Assembly: GCF_009914755.1 (NCBI RefSeq)
Contig: NC_060927.1
Length of the DNA: 64,000 nt
Source: the human T2T-CHM13v2.0 reference genome, Homo sapiens
Strand: one strand, 5' to 3'
Each line of letters begins with the position of its first letter. Position 1 is the stretch's first letter. This document shows, piece after piece, positions 13,275 through 27,155 of the stretch. The notes below the pieces were generated by a model. It was not told where the DNA came from, made no database searches, and saw only the letters and a list, made by a program, of their open reading frames with translations. The translations under genes and the position numbers were made by a program.

Positions 13275-14225
13275 CATTAACAGGAGTAACTCTAGAAAGC
13301 TGACCCTGAGGATTCTAGAACTGTTTACTCACTGATTAAAAAGTAATAAAGATTCCCCTACCAGTACGGAGTGAAATTGTGATAACTCCTGGCACAACCA
13401 TTAAGACCCTCATCTATAGTGGACTGGAACAAAGCACAGGTAAAAGGATATCTTTGGATTGTGCTTTTGAATAATTTTGTGTTTGCCTTACTTTACCGTT
13501 TTGATAACTTTGTTAACTATTGCTAATTTGTTAACTTCTCTTATTTTAGAACTTATAAAAAAGAAAAAAGTGCACATTCAGTTTAATGAGGTGTTAATTC
13601 AAGGAATGCTGTGAGAGTCAGAAGTTCTAAATGCCAGTGTTTAAAAAGATCCATGTCACAGTGATCTTGGGTAGGCTGGGACACACCAGCTCACTGACGG
13701 ACCTGAAAATGGATTGCTGTGGGACTACAACCCTACTCAGGATATTCTGAGTTATAAGTGGTATGCTTGGTTGTTTTGTCTTACGTACAGGGAGGAGTCA
13801 CCTAAGGTAAAAAAAAATATATGTATAAATGCCTTGGAAGGGACAAATGACTCAATGTTTGGTCAGGGTTCTTGGAAGGTTTGACAAAATGAGATCAGAG
13901 AATAGGAATATGGATGGATTTACAGGAGCGAGCAAAATATGTGTATTTTTTGTGTTTTATATTAATGCCCAGCAAACATTACTCACTATACAGGAAGCAC
14001 TTAACAATAAGCCAGGTAGACTAGTGTATCTTTACTTGAAGGGATCATTACTTCTCATACTTCCTGTTACTTGTATGATGATTCCTTAAAAAGAATCTAA
14101 ATTGTAAAAGGGATAAAATCTGTACATTGGTTCAAGAGCTTGAGCTCCCCTTAACCAAAGCTAACTTCACTACTGATAATGCTGAATGTACAAACAGTCA
14201 TCAGCACAGAACAATGGATATGGCA
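13275..14225 (+). mobile_element. Degenerate ERVL-class internal sequence (ERV3-16A3/ERVL-like pol RNase H region)
   Basis: 13829-14089 translates to ...FVFYINAQQTLLTIQEALNNK, resembling ERVL pol IFVSHVNAHQ...EEALNNQ. Confidence 0.6.
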
Positions 14226-14289
14226 CTTGCTTTTGATATAAATAAATAAATACAAAGTATATAATGATATGGTAGGTGGAGTCCAATAT

Positions 14290-15165
<876 letters not shown>

Positions 15166-15172
15166 ACATTTG

Positions 15173-15175
<3 letters not shown>

Positions 15176-15207
<32 letters not shown>
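15176..15207. repeat. (CA)n microsatellite
   Basis: About 16 CA units. Confidence 0.95.
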
Positions 15208-15210
<3 letters not shown>

Positions 15211-16654
15211 TATGTACACATTTTTAAAGAGATCGACCTAATTAGAAGGGAGATTAGGAAGGATGGGCTCAAAAGTCTATTTTAACTCTCAATTTTTTTA
15301 GCCATGGGTCAAAGGGATTAATCAGACAAATATATTTTGTTTCTCTATATAATTAGTAACTGTAGAATTTGGATTATATATATAAATGTACATAAGCATA
15401 GTAATAGGTAAAAAAATACATATTTTCAGATTAGACTCAACATTCACTTTTATTCAATCTTTTAATTATATGTAAATATTTGGGTAAGCATGATGTGTGA
15501 CTTGGATTTTCTTTCACACAGCCCAGAGATTCCTTAAAATTTCACTCACAGCTTTAGGGTTAAGAATATGTGTTCTCTGTAGGTATTTAATGCTTATGCA
15601 TTTTTATTAACTTTTTTCTTTAGATTGCCAATCTTTTTATATTACTTCACAAAGAATTATGGGAAAGGACAAACTGTTTAAACTTTACAAGTTACTATTT
15701 TAGAAATAGAGACAGACTTACTGTGACTTTTGTTAGAGATTGCTTTTATGTCATGATTTCAGCTGATGCACTTTCAGAAAACCTGCAACCTGGATATATC
15801 ACCATGATGTGCGAGATGCCACATCATGAGTCACAGTTGAGATGTAATTCATTTCCACATACACACGTCTTCAACTTTTACAATAAAGTTTATTGAAAAA
15901 TGTATTTGTTAAAAAGATCAACTTTCCTCAATAATATTTTTCCCTTGATTTTAACATTTATATTCCTTGTCACCGGTTTTCCATTAGTATTTTAAATTGA
16001 CATTTGAAATGACTTCTCTAAAGATAAGAGTCCAAACAGCAGAGACACTAACCTCCATTCACCTTAGGGAATTCAGGGTGAACTCTTTCATCCCAGGTCT
16101 TCTTTTCTTCTCCAGAAATCCACAAATTCCTTACCTCTAAAGACTTCTGCCATCGTAAGCTCTTCCCTGTGTCTTATGCTAGCTTTCCTCTGCAGCTGCC
16201 ATAAAAATTTTCTATCATATTTCATGGTTTAGCAGATCTAGAATTAAAAAAATGAATTCGTAGAGTTGAACTCATCACCATTTTAAAGTTTCACATAAAT
16301 GCTTCTCCCACCAAAATATAATATGCTTGGTTGACAGAATGGTTGTGTGGTTAAAACGCAGAAGAGGAAGCCAATCTTTGACTATATGTGTATTATCTTT
16401 ATGGATCCAACTAGCATTTTGCAAGTCACCCACTATCTTTTTTCTCCTTACTAGTTTGAATTGGCTTATATATGTATTCATAATTATTTGGGTTATGCCT
16501 TAGATCAACGCTCATATTCATACAGACACAGAGGTTATATGTGTAGGATTGCATGTAACATTGAGGATGAAGATTTAACTTCTGTTAATAAATTAGTTGC
16601 TCTGGATACCTATTTGTCAAAGAGTTTTAGATCAGAAAAAAAAATAGCATCCAA

Positions 16655-16805
16655 ACTTAATGTTCAATTTACAGATGAGAAAAACAAAGCCCAAAGAGAG
16701 GAAGTGACCTATTCCATGGTAGATGGCTAATTATTGAGGGAGCAGTGTCTAGAAGTCATGTCCCTTGTCATTCAATTACACATTTTTTTGATCTATAATA
16801 CCATA
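16655..16805 (-). mobile_element. MIR fragment
   Basis: tttacagatgagaaaaacaaagcccaaagagaggaagtgacct. Confidence 0.6.
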
Positions 16806-19800
16806 GTTACCAATTGATTAGGGTGTTTGCAAAACTAGCAAACTAATGATGTATTTCCTAACAATGTTAAATTTACAGGAATAATTCATAGATGAAAACA
16901 TCTACAATTTCCTATTAGGAAAAATATCCAGCACGCAGCCTACAGCATGCTTGTACGTTTTTGAACTGCAAACAAAACTAATCCTCTCGATATTAACCTC
17001 AAGTTTAAATTAGTAAGTCATATGTAATTACAGTTCAGTGTTTAAATAGGATTTACTTGAGGAGGGATTGCTTCAGTTTTACACAGAATCTGACAGAATG
17101 CCTAAAGTCAATATACTCCTCCAGGCTAACATTGCATCTGCTAGGCAAACTTTGTCTTTACTCAAACTTCAGAGGTGAGGAATGTGAATTATTGCCTAGG
17201 TGGATAATGATTATTCACTACAACCTATCCTTTTTTAAAAAAAGATGTTTCTCTGCATAAGACATAAATATTAATAAAGGCTTTTGTTCAGGAATCAGTG
17301 CTATGATCAGAAAAGTATGAAGAATCCATACTTCTAGAGTTGAGTTAGCCTAAGGGGAGACAGAAATACCTGACCTATATTAGATGACTCTAGCAATCAC
17401 TGAGGGAGATAACAAATCTCAGGAATCAAATAAGCACCATTTCCTAAGGACGGAAATACTTCTGAGGACAATGGTAAAGCAGAAACATTTGCTTTGGAAC
17501 TGCCCTAGAAACGACGCATAAAATTAAAGGGGTACTCCAAACAGACATTTTGTGTAAGACAAAAAGAAAGGTGAAAGAGTGAGATACATGTATGTTGAAA
17601 AGTATTCAGAACTCACACACAGCAAAGCCTCTCTTGTAGCCATATGAATTTCACACATCCAGCTCTCTTTATTTTTAGTTTAAAGGAGGCACTTATTTCA
17701 AAACTTTATGCTTGAAAGATAATACAAAGTCCAGAAACAAGGACCTTTAGACTTTATGTGAACACATCATCTTTTTCTTCCATAACTGCTGAGGCATTGT
17801 CCGTATGTCGCTTTGTGAAACATGTTAGTCTAGTACCTCACTCCTGTATTCTTAGAAGGGCCTAATGTTTGAAATAAATATGCTACTTAATTTCTGCATA
17901 ACTCATATAAGGTGACTTTAAAATATCAGAAACAATTTTATTCTAAGCTACTCCATTATACTCCTTTTAAATTGGGGTGTGGAGGGGACAGACATTAACA
18001 TATGTCATAAAATAATTTAATAATCCACTCTGTTGAGCATATTTCAAGTATATTTGCATTCACTCTATTTCCTTGACAAATTGCCAGTCTGAAAACTTTA
18101 ATATACAAAATTATTAAAATTATTAAAGTATGTCTTAAATGTCCTCAAACTATGTAGCAAACATATCCAACATGTGTATGATGACCTAAATGGAAAATAT
18201 GGACCATAATTATAATGTAGCAATTTATGAGTAAGGATGATGCACTGGCTTAGGACCTGCATTAAATCGCTCTACCTCTAAATCCTCACCCTGTTTTTCC
18301 TCATGTGTTAGATATAAGTCTTCAGTGTGAGGTCACTCAGACTCGAATTTTATATGAATGAGGTTTTTAGCAGTGATGAAACTATTGAAAACATTCTAAG
18401 TTTTTTTATTCAAATACTTCAGATTGTCTCTAGTAAAGTTTTATTTTTATTGGAAAAAACTTTAAAAAATAACATACGAGTTGTTAGAATTACGTTAGCA
18501 ATGCTAGACCTACAGTAAGGTGCATTAAATGCTAATTAAAATGAATAACACTCTAGGGTAACACTTATTTCTTAGAAAATTATCTCCAGTGCCCTGAAAA
18601 CATTAATTAGTAAGGAGCTAGATTATTGATGGGGAGAGTTCTTCAAAGATAACTGGGCAGTTACATCCTTGGGACTAGAAAAGAGAAGATTCCGTGGCTG
18701 TAGTCATTGGCTAGTCACTAAGGGAGCAAAAACAAAAACATCAAGAAAGTAAAAACAAAGATTCAATAGTATTAATAAGAAACATTCATCTGGCTCAAGC
18801 TGTTCTGTTAAGTAGTAATTTTAGCTTAGTCTCAAATGTCTCCCAAAGAAGTCTGAGATTTTTCAAAACACATGCCCATTGGATGACTTCTACTGACATC
18901 CAGGTGGCATGCTTACCACTTAAACCCCTTCCCCATATATCTCTTGTAGGTTCAGTTAATCTCTTCTTCTGGGCAATTTGTGAGCACCTGCCAAACTCTG
19001 AGATTGACAATGCTTAATGTGGAGGGTGAAGATGTCTACCTTGAGGCATTGTTTCATCTTGCTGCCAAAGCAGCTGGCAATGCCTTCCATCGCTGCAGAG
19101 GCTGCTGGCACCAACACCATGGCTGCTTTGTGCTCCCCAAGTCCTATGGAGATGTTTGAGCTTTTACTCACTTGTTAATTACAGGTCTTAAAGACTCAGG
19201 CATAAACCAATGGGATATCATGGGAAGGGAGCTGTGAATGACTAACTGAATTCCAATTGAGAATAATTCCTCCAATCTTATGCTGGTCTTTGAACCACAT
19301 TTTTGCAACCAGTTTTTCTTAATAAAAATCATACTTTCCCCAGAAATTCTGTATTTCTGGTTTTGGACTGTTCACAAAGCAATTGTTGGCAACTCAAAAC
19401 TTCCCAAGGCTTAGCTATATTATACCAGAGCTCTGTTTTCAATCAAAAAGTTTTCTGTATAGCAAAGTCAATATTCCTGTTGTACATGACATTCATTCTA
19501 AATAATGCTATTACTTGAAACTCTTTCATAAGGTTGATATTTGCAGGACTCATGGGTTACACTGCAAAATAATCATCTTTTGTCTTCCTCATTGCCTCAT
19601 TCAATCTGCTCATACAGTAGTTAATCTTTATTCATGGTGATAGCTTGGAAAAATTCCATGTTTTCTTTAGTAATTTTGGGTTAATTCAAAGTTCTAGCGT
19701 CAAATTTAAATATGAACACAGACTTAGCAGTTAAAATACTGGTCCAAGACATTAATTAAATCATGAACTTAAAGTGAAGTCTCCTCCATTCATTGATCTG

Positions 19801-19874
19801 GGATCTGCACTAGGTAGGCAGCCTGTCCTAGACAAAGAGGTCATGGTGAGCTCCTTCTAATATCCAGTAAATGA

Positions 19875-21430
19875 GCTCTAGCCTTTCTCTTTTTTCAATA
19901 AGGCTTGCTAGAGATATATTAATTTTATTAATTTTCAAAGGACTTAGTTTTAGCTTTATGATTTTTGTATATTATTTGTACAAATTATTGATTTCCATTC
20001 ATATTTTATTATTTTCTCCCTTATACTTATTTAGTTTAATTTGCTCTTCCTTTCCCAGTATTTTAAGGTAAAATCTTAGGTGTTTATTTTCCATTATGAG
20101 CATTTTAACTTATAACACTTAAAGTTGAAATGTACATTTTTTGATAAACACTGTGTGTGTATACATCTCACAAGTTTTGCTACACTGTGTTTTCATTATC
20201 ATTCAATTTTACTTATTTTCTAATGTGCCTTGTTCTTTTTCATTGTTCTAAAATTTATTTAGAATTGTTTAGCTTTATGCTCACATATTTGGGACACTTT
20301 AGGTACCTTTTCACACTGACTTCTAATTTGTTTATTATTTATTTTTTAATTTCGTTATTGTTTTTAAAAATTTGTGTGGGTACACGGTAGGTGCATATGT
20401 TTATGAGGTGCATGAGATATTTTGACAGGCATGCAATGTGAAATAAGCACATCATGGAATTTAATTCAGTTGTGCTCAGAGAACATATTCCATATTATTC
20501 AAATCCTTGGAGATGTATACCATTTTCGGTTCTCACATATTGTCATCTTATTAACCTTTCATGTATGTTAGGAAAATAAGGAATATTCTGCATTGGTTGG
20601 GTATAGTATTGTATAAGTGCCAATTAAGTCAGGTTGGTGGTGAATGTCAGAATTTCTATGTTCTTATCACATTTTGTTTTCTTATCCTAATTATTAGGAG
20701 ATGCATTTAAATCCTAAATTTTACTTGTATTTCTCCCTTTAGTTTTGTCCATTTTCTGTGGACCTGAAGCTCTGTTACAAATGGGTAGATATTAAGGATG
20801 ACTATATTTGTTGATTAATTTGTTGATAAAAAGAAATGATTTTCTTTTTCTCTATTAATACTCTTTGTCTTGTAATCTACTTTATCTGACATCTACAAAG
20901 AAACATTCTTGTGAATACTGTTTGCATGGATTATTTTTCATATTTTTCATTTTATTCTACCTGCAGCTTTATATTTAAAGTCTTTCCCTTGTAATAATCA
21001 CTTAGATTGGCCTTGCTTTTTATCTAGCCATACCATCTCAGCTTTTATTTAAAATGTTTAATGTATTTATATTTTATGTTACTATTAAGATGGGTTTGAA
21101 TCAACCATCTTACCATTTGTCATTTGTTTTCTGTGTTCTTGTTCTATCTTTCCGGCAGTATTCCACATTAATCAAACATTTTTAATATTTCATTTTATTT
21201 TATAATATTTTTGCATAAATACTTGCTTTATTTATTTAATGCTTACTCTAGGGATTGTTGTATGTATTTTTATATTCAGTGTATTTTGAAATAATATTAT
21301 ACAACTTCAGTTTTAAAGAACCCTACAAAAGTATGTACCTACTTATATCCTTCCATTCCTAAGAGCTATTATTGTCATATATTTTACTTTTACATATATG
21401 ATGAATCACAAATTATGTTATTATTACTAT
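19875..21430 (-). mobile_element. Old L1M fragment (ORF2 5' region, antisense)
   Basis: T-rich antisense L1 motifs (gtgctcagagaacata, tattctgcattggttgggtatag, tctactttatctga). Confidence 0.7.
20331..20457 (-). mobile_element. Short L1MA 3'-end insertion nested in L1M
   Basis: gtgggtacacggtaggtgcatatgtttatgaggtgcatgagatattttga...cacatcatgg, flanked by aattt on both sides. Confidence 0.7.
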
Positions 21431-24249
21431 CAAATAGGCCACTTTTTTAAATAGAGAAAAGCTCATATTTTTGCGTGTTTTTATCAGGATAAATATGCTG
21501 GTGTTTTAAAAACAAAACAGTAAGAAATGGGTGAATGTGGCAATTACAGGTATTAATTTAACACATAAATTTTGAATACTCTTAGAAATATTAATTATAT
21601 ACTAAACAAGCTATGGTTTATTTGTATTTCTGTCTACTACACTTTATCTGCATAACACATGTCTTCTGTTTTAAAGAACAAATTAAATGTAAAAGTAACG
21701 TTTACTTTTCCAGGGGATTTGGAAATTTTTTTAATTTTAAATAAGAGAGGGATCCTGGATAACTTAAAAGAATATAAAGCAGCATACTTTATATGGATTT
21801 GGATTTAATTCTAATTCTAATATTTTGGAGACATAGTTTTATTTCATTAAAGCTTAAATGGAAAAAATCAAGTTACATTATTTCCTCCAGGGAATTAAAA
21901 TTAGTTTAAAAATAACTGCCTAAATAATTTTATACTTGATATAATGTCTAATCTCATCAGAAGCCCTATTGCTGCTTTTGTCATTAAATACAGTAAATAC
22001 ATTCTAGCACTCTTCTTATGTCCCTTTTTTGTTTTTTAACAGACCTCATCGAAAGCAGAGTCTGGCTTTAAGTTGAATAAGTTAATGAATTTAGTCAATC
22101 TATATTAAAGGAAAAATTAGTTAACATCTTTCTTACCACACCCATGACAGTTAGATTTCCATTTGTCTATATTATTTGGAGAATTCAACTCTTTATTATC
22201 AATAGGATGATTGACTATCAGGCAGTTAAATTTTGAGAGTTGAGAGCAGAGGGAGAGGTAAAGGAGAAGCCGAGTAGAGAATAACTGAGCATTTTATGTT
22301 TGTTTATTAAGGAAACAAAAGAATGCTATACTGGATTTATTCATTTTCCAACCATTTGTGTTGAGTTCAGTAGCTCCTAAGTATTTGTTTTCTTTAAATT
22401 TTTGTATTTTCCAAATGTCACATTTTTGATGAATGTGAATTGGTTTATAAATAAGTAAAATGCATTGCATGAACTCTCGGTATAAAATAGGAGTAAATAC
22501 AATGAAATCTTGTCATTGCTCATAAAGCCTTCAAATCCAAGGTTTCATTTGCCAGGAAAAGAGAAACTGAATGTAATTTCTTTTCAACACTGAAATGAAA
22601 TGCTTGTGTTCTAGGACATTTCAGTTTTGTGTATTGATGGGCAGTGGGGAGGGCTGATATACTATTGCTAAATTGCTAAATGTTATTAGGAAGGTTTCCT
22701 AAGGTTAAGGGTATAAAAATGTCAGTCAACAAACCACACTTGTGGTGAATCATTCAACAGTATTAAACCTGATGTGCCTCCTAGGTTTAATGTTGCATTA
22801 ACTTCATCTTGCATTAACTTCAAATCCATTACTGAGTTTTGCATCCAAAAATACCCTCTTTTTGCCAGCATTTATTTGTAAGATTCTTCTGATTGCACTG
22901 AGTTTCCTCTGCTGTCTTCCAATAATGACATTGTTTCAGCTGTGAGAACATATTAGGAAATATATGATGCTTGCAGTTTTGCAGAAGTTGATTTCCCCCT
23001 GTGGAATAATCTTCATTCTAATTTGACTGTAAAATCCCCCATAAATTATTTCAATCTCATTTTAGACTGGGACATATTTCATTGATTGGTAATAGCCTTA
23101 AATTACTTTTTATTGTGATTGTAATGTTTTCTTGTCAAATAGCAGGAAACAGTAAATTATAGAGTAATTTAACAGGTGGAAATATACACAAGCAAAAATT
23201 GTTAGCAACAAAGATAAACCATTAGAACAAATTCTAGTCTGCGCATACCTAATCAGTTCTTCCATGTCTACAGTTTAAGAAAGCAGTTCTGTCTGCCACA
23301 AAGTTTAGTTAATATAGAATCCTGAACTCATTTTTAAAATGTAATCTGTATATTTGAAAATCATGGAGCCGTAAAATTAGAATGCAACAAAATATATTTA
23401 ATGGTATTTATTTGGGGTAAGGTTGTTTTAATACCAGAGGCTCCATATTGAAAGCCTAGTATTAAACTCTTATGCTAGCCATAAACCAGTAAAGACTCCT
23501 TGACCTTAAATGAGCTTTTCTAGTACACACTCAGTCAAAATGATGTCATCGCTTTTAGTGAAAGAGAAGTGGGTTACATACAAGAAATATAATTGCATTG
23601 AGAATACTGTAACCATACAGTCTTCATGGAATTTGTTTGCACATTTCTGATGGAAGTCCTCAGGGATTTCTAGTCGGCTCTAATCAGAAATAAAAAGTTA
23701 TGAAAATCAGTTTTCTTTCATAAGAAGCCTGAATCCGCAAAACCTTCTAGTTATCTGAGTGGCACTGTTGTCTAATCAAACATGAGTACTCCATTTCTAA
23801 ACCCAAATCAGATCCACTTTAGTGTCCTTAGAAAATAGCTCAACATTTCCAGAATCCAGAGACATAATTAAAGAAAAACATCACTTTGGAGAATTTCAAC
23901 AACCCTTAATCATCGACCTGTCTTTTTGGAAATTTTGAAATTATTAAATTTACCACATTGATTAATGGAATTAGCAATAGTTGGATATTATTAAACCAGA
24001 TCAGTGAAGAAATGAGAAAATCCAAATGCAATGACATGACAAATATTTTACTTTGGGAAATGTTAAATAATATTAAATAATTGTGTGTGTATGATAGTAT
24101 GTAAATTGTATGCTTGACTGCATTTGTGTATCTGTATATCTTTAAAAGTATCTTCAATTGAATATCACATTACATTTTTAATCACTAGAATAGCATACAT
24201 TAGCATTAAATAAAGCTAAAGAAATGTACTATATGATTTTTTTCAATGA

Positions 24250-24520
24250 AGTAATGGAATGTGGTGGAAATTATATGGATTTCTGAGCCAAGAGGCTTGG
24301 ATTCAATTGCTGGTTACAATATATACTTTTTATATAATTTTGTTCATGGAATCTTTTTCTGCATAACTATAAAAAGGGTAAGACTTATTTTAAGCTATGG
24401 CACTAAGATTAAATATCATATTTACACCTGCCTTAAATCCATTCTGAAACAATAAATAATGACATAAATTGTTTAGCATAGAGTGGATGCTCCATAAGTT
24501 TTAGCCATATTATTTTACCA
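24250..24520 (+). mobile_element. MIR fragment
   Basis: gtggtggaaa...tctgagccaagaggcttggattcaatt...ttagcatagagt. Confidence 0.45.
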
Positions 24521-24529
24521 AGTCTAAAC

Positions 24530-25011
24530 TGTTACTCACATATGAGTGGGTTCCATTGCTTGGCAGGTGACAGCTCAATGACTACAACCAAAGAGGTTTA
24601 AATAAGAGGATTGTATTATTTATCAAAAGTAAGAAAACCAGGGACAGTTCCCAAAGCAATGCCTCTTCGAACGAAGATGAAAGTGAGGTATTTATTGTGT
24701 TGTTCAGCTGAGTCATTGCACGTAAAGGAAAGGTAAAGGCAGCACAGGCACCGTCATGGATCATGCTTCTTCACACATCACATATATAGTAAATGGTGAA
24801 TAAGCTCCTCCCTGGGGATGGATGTTAGTGTGTAATATGGTTTGGCTCTGTGCCCCACCCAAATCTCGTGTCAAATTGTAATTCCGTGTTGGAGGAGGGG
24901 CATAGTGGGAGGTGGTTGGATCATCAGGGCGGATTTTCCCCTTAGTTATGATTGTGGGTGAGTTCTCATGAGATCTGGTTGTTTGAAAGTGTGTAGCACT
25001 TCTCCCTTGGT

Positions 25012-25045
<34 letters not shown>

Positions 25046-25397
25046 CCTCTCTTTCCTGCTGCCATGTGAAGAAGTGCTTGCTTCCCCTTTGCCTTCCACC
25101 ATGATTGTAAGTTTCCTTAGGACTCAACAGCCATGCCTCCTATATAGCCTGTGGAACTGTGAGTCAGTTAAACCTCCTTTCTTTATAAACTACCGAGTCT
25201 CAGGTAGTTCTTTATATCAATGTGAAAACAGACTAATACAGAAAATGGTAATGCCGAGAGTTCACCAAAGTTTGCCTCCAATTTAGGCATCTCTGGATCC
25301 AACATGTTTTTGTTTGCCAGGGCTGGGCTTCTTCCTGTAACTTTTGGATGCAACAAAACCTCAAGGTCCAACAGTTACTAATGGGTACTTTTTCACA
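24530..25397 (-). mobile_element. 3' LTR of a class I ERV (MER66-like), split by an MSTA LTR
   Basis: Terminal tgtta.../...ttcaca, directly downstream of env on the minus strand; MER66-like aagctcctccctggg..ttagt and gttcaccaaagt segments. Confidence 0.7.
24833..25240 (+). mobile_element. MSTA-like LTR with (CT)n
   Basis: taatatggtttggctctgtg...gactaataca; similar to the LTRs at 617 and 2603. Confidence 0.92.
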
Positions 25398-25599
25398 CTG
25401 TGCATCTGAAAATATGGGGACTCTGGATTGCAAATCTCCCCAAAACATTCCACTCCTGATTCTTGAGGGGTTAGAGATGGAGCTCATTCTTCTGTATCTA
25501 CTTCATGTTGTGTCTTCTAAAGTTAGAGGAGTGAAACTCTCCAGCTGCTGAGTTCACATAAGTTTTTGGGTCCTCTAAAATTGCTTGAAGGGACAAGTA

Positions 25600-27020
25600 T
25601 TGTATTAGTAATACAAGCTCAAGATGGAACTGCTACAGTTTGGAGGACACAAAGTTTACTATCAATTTAAATGTACAGGGACTGAAAAGTAACCTGAGAA
25701 CAATGGCCGCTAAGGGCCCCAGCAGAGAAAGAAACCAGGTGAAGTGAGAGTGCATTCTAAACTTGGTTGGTTGAGCTACACTTTTTGTTGAAGGAACACA
25801 GCTATTCTGCTTGTTTAAACATTTCCTTTATATTAACCTCTATTTCCCCAAAGGCATTTACCCAGGTGCAATAGAAGATATTGGTGACTGCATGTATCCC
25901 TCCTTGTTCTGTTAGTAAATAGTCTAAATCCAATCAGTTATTCAATACTACATTAGCTAGTGAATTTAAAGAAAGATGCATATTTCGGAGATTCTCCATC
26001 ATTTTAGCTTCCAGATTCTCAAGTGTTCAGGTTAAATTTCTTAGGGTGACCTTAGTCAAAATTCCAACAAGAGGCAGCCACAATTAGTGCAATAACCCTT
26101 TGTGGTCTATTATAATGGGTGGTCATATTATGAAACGTTATCTAATGGGCCCCAGAAGGCCCACAGTACATTGTCCTAGCTGTATTACATTGTCAACACA
26201 GGGGTGAGCCACTGCAAGTAGCAGAGAGGAAAGAACCATAGAGAATTTATAGCTAAGGAGCTTGTGGTGGGGTGAGCCACAGATGAAAACATATCCTGGA
26301 GGTGCACACACCCTCGTGGGAGTGATGAAGTTTAACAACCAAGCAATTGGAGGCCCCAAGGGGCACAGGTAGTCCCATCACATTAGAGGAATAAGGATCC
26401 TCCATAAGTCAGGCTAAGATTTACTTGTCCTGTTGAAGCTCTTCCATCAGCTTTGAGGGTGAGAAATAATAGTTTCCAATATCAAGGAATTTATTTATCT
26501 CTTGCCAAAGTTTACATTGATTATGATAACCAGTGTTATCGTCTATTATGTCCCCACAGACCTCTGTGAGAAAACACTAATGGTTGGTGTTTAGAGTGCA
26601 ATGGCTAGTGAGGTTAAAGTTGAAAAGTACATAACAGATTCCTCTCCATAACATATTTGATACTTTCCCCCTTTTCCTGAACTATTTAAATGAACAAGGC
26701 CTATTCTCCTGGTGACACGGCCCTTAGGGGTGAATTCCACACAATCTATAGGCCAGGAAGGACCTATTCAGATCACAATGGGCACAGGTGGGATCTGGGA
26801 TTTTCACTTTGCCACCCTGAGGTTAATGTCTCCCCTCAAAGATAAGTAACAAGCCACCTCATAGGAGTCTGGAGATGCCTATGGCATATTCAACATTGGA
26901 CAGGTTATTCCCACTGGGTATAACATGGGAGAAGTTTACTATGCATTGGCTTCCCAGAGACCACTGGCTGAGAAGCCAATGGTCTAAAGTGGCCAACCAG
27001 CATAAGGGAAAGAGAGGGTT
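25600..27020 (-). pseudogene. Degenerate gammaretroviral env, ERV-V/MER66-like
   Basis: Hand translation: SU N-terminus VNFSHVIPSGNNLSN/C*ICH (26881-26940); CAPPGYVFICG; TM immunosuppressive domain SLNSLANVVLNN*LDLDYLLTEQGGI..YCTWVN (about 25855-25973); membrane anchor WFLSLLGPLAAIVLRLLFSPCTFKLIVNFVSSKL. Confidence 0.88.
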
Positions 27021-27155
27021 CATTCTAAAATATTATATGGAGAGATTCATCACCAACTAAGAATCTCAACAGAATATAAAAGGGCAATAAGCATGAAGAT
27101 TCCTACAAGGATAAGAAAGATGTCTACTATGTCAAAAGAATGACAAGGAAACATT

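Noticed and set aside
22755-22795. Short hairpins (attaaacct/aggtttaat; also 51903-51923 and about 52280-52301) as RNA genes or terminators
   Set aside because: Stems of 7-9 bp are expected by chance in 64 kb of AT-rich DNA, and there are no miRNA, tRNA or snoRNA features.
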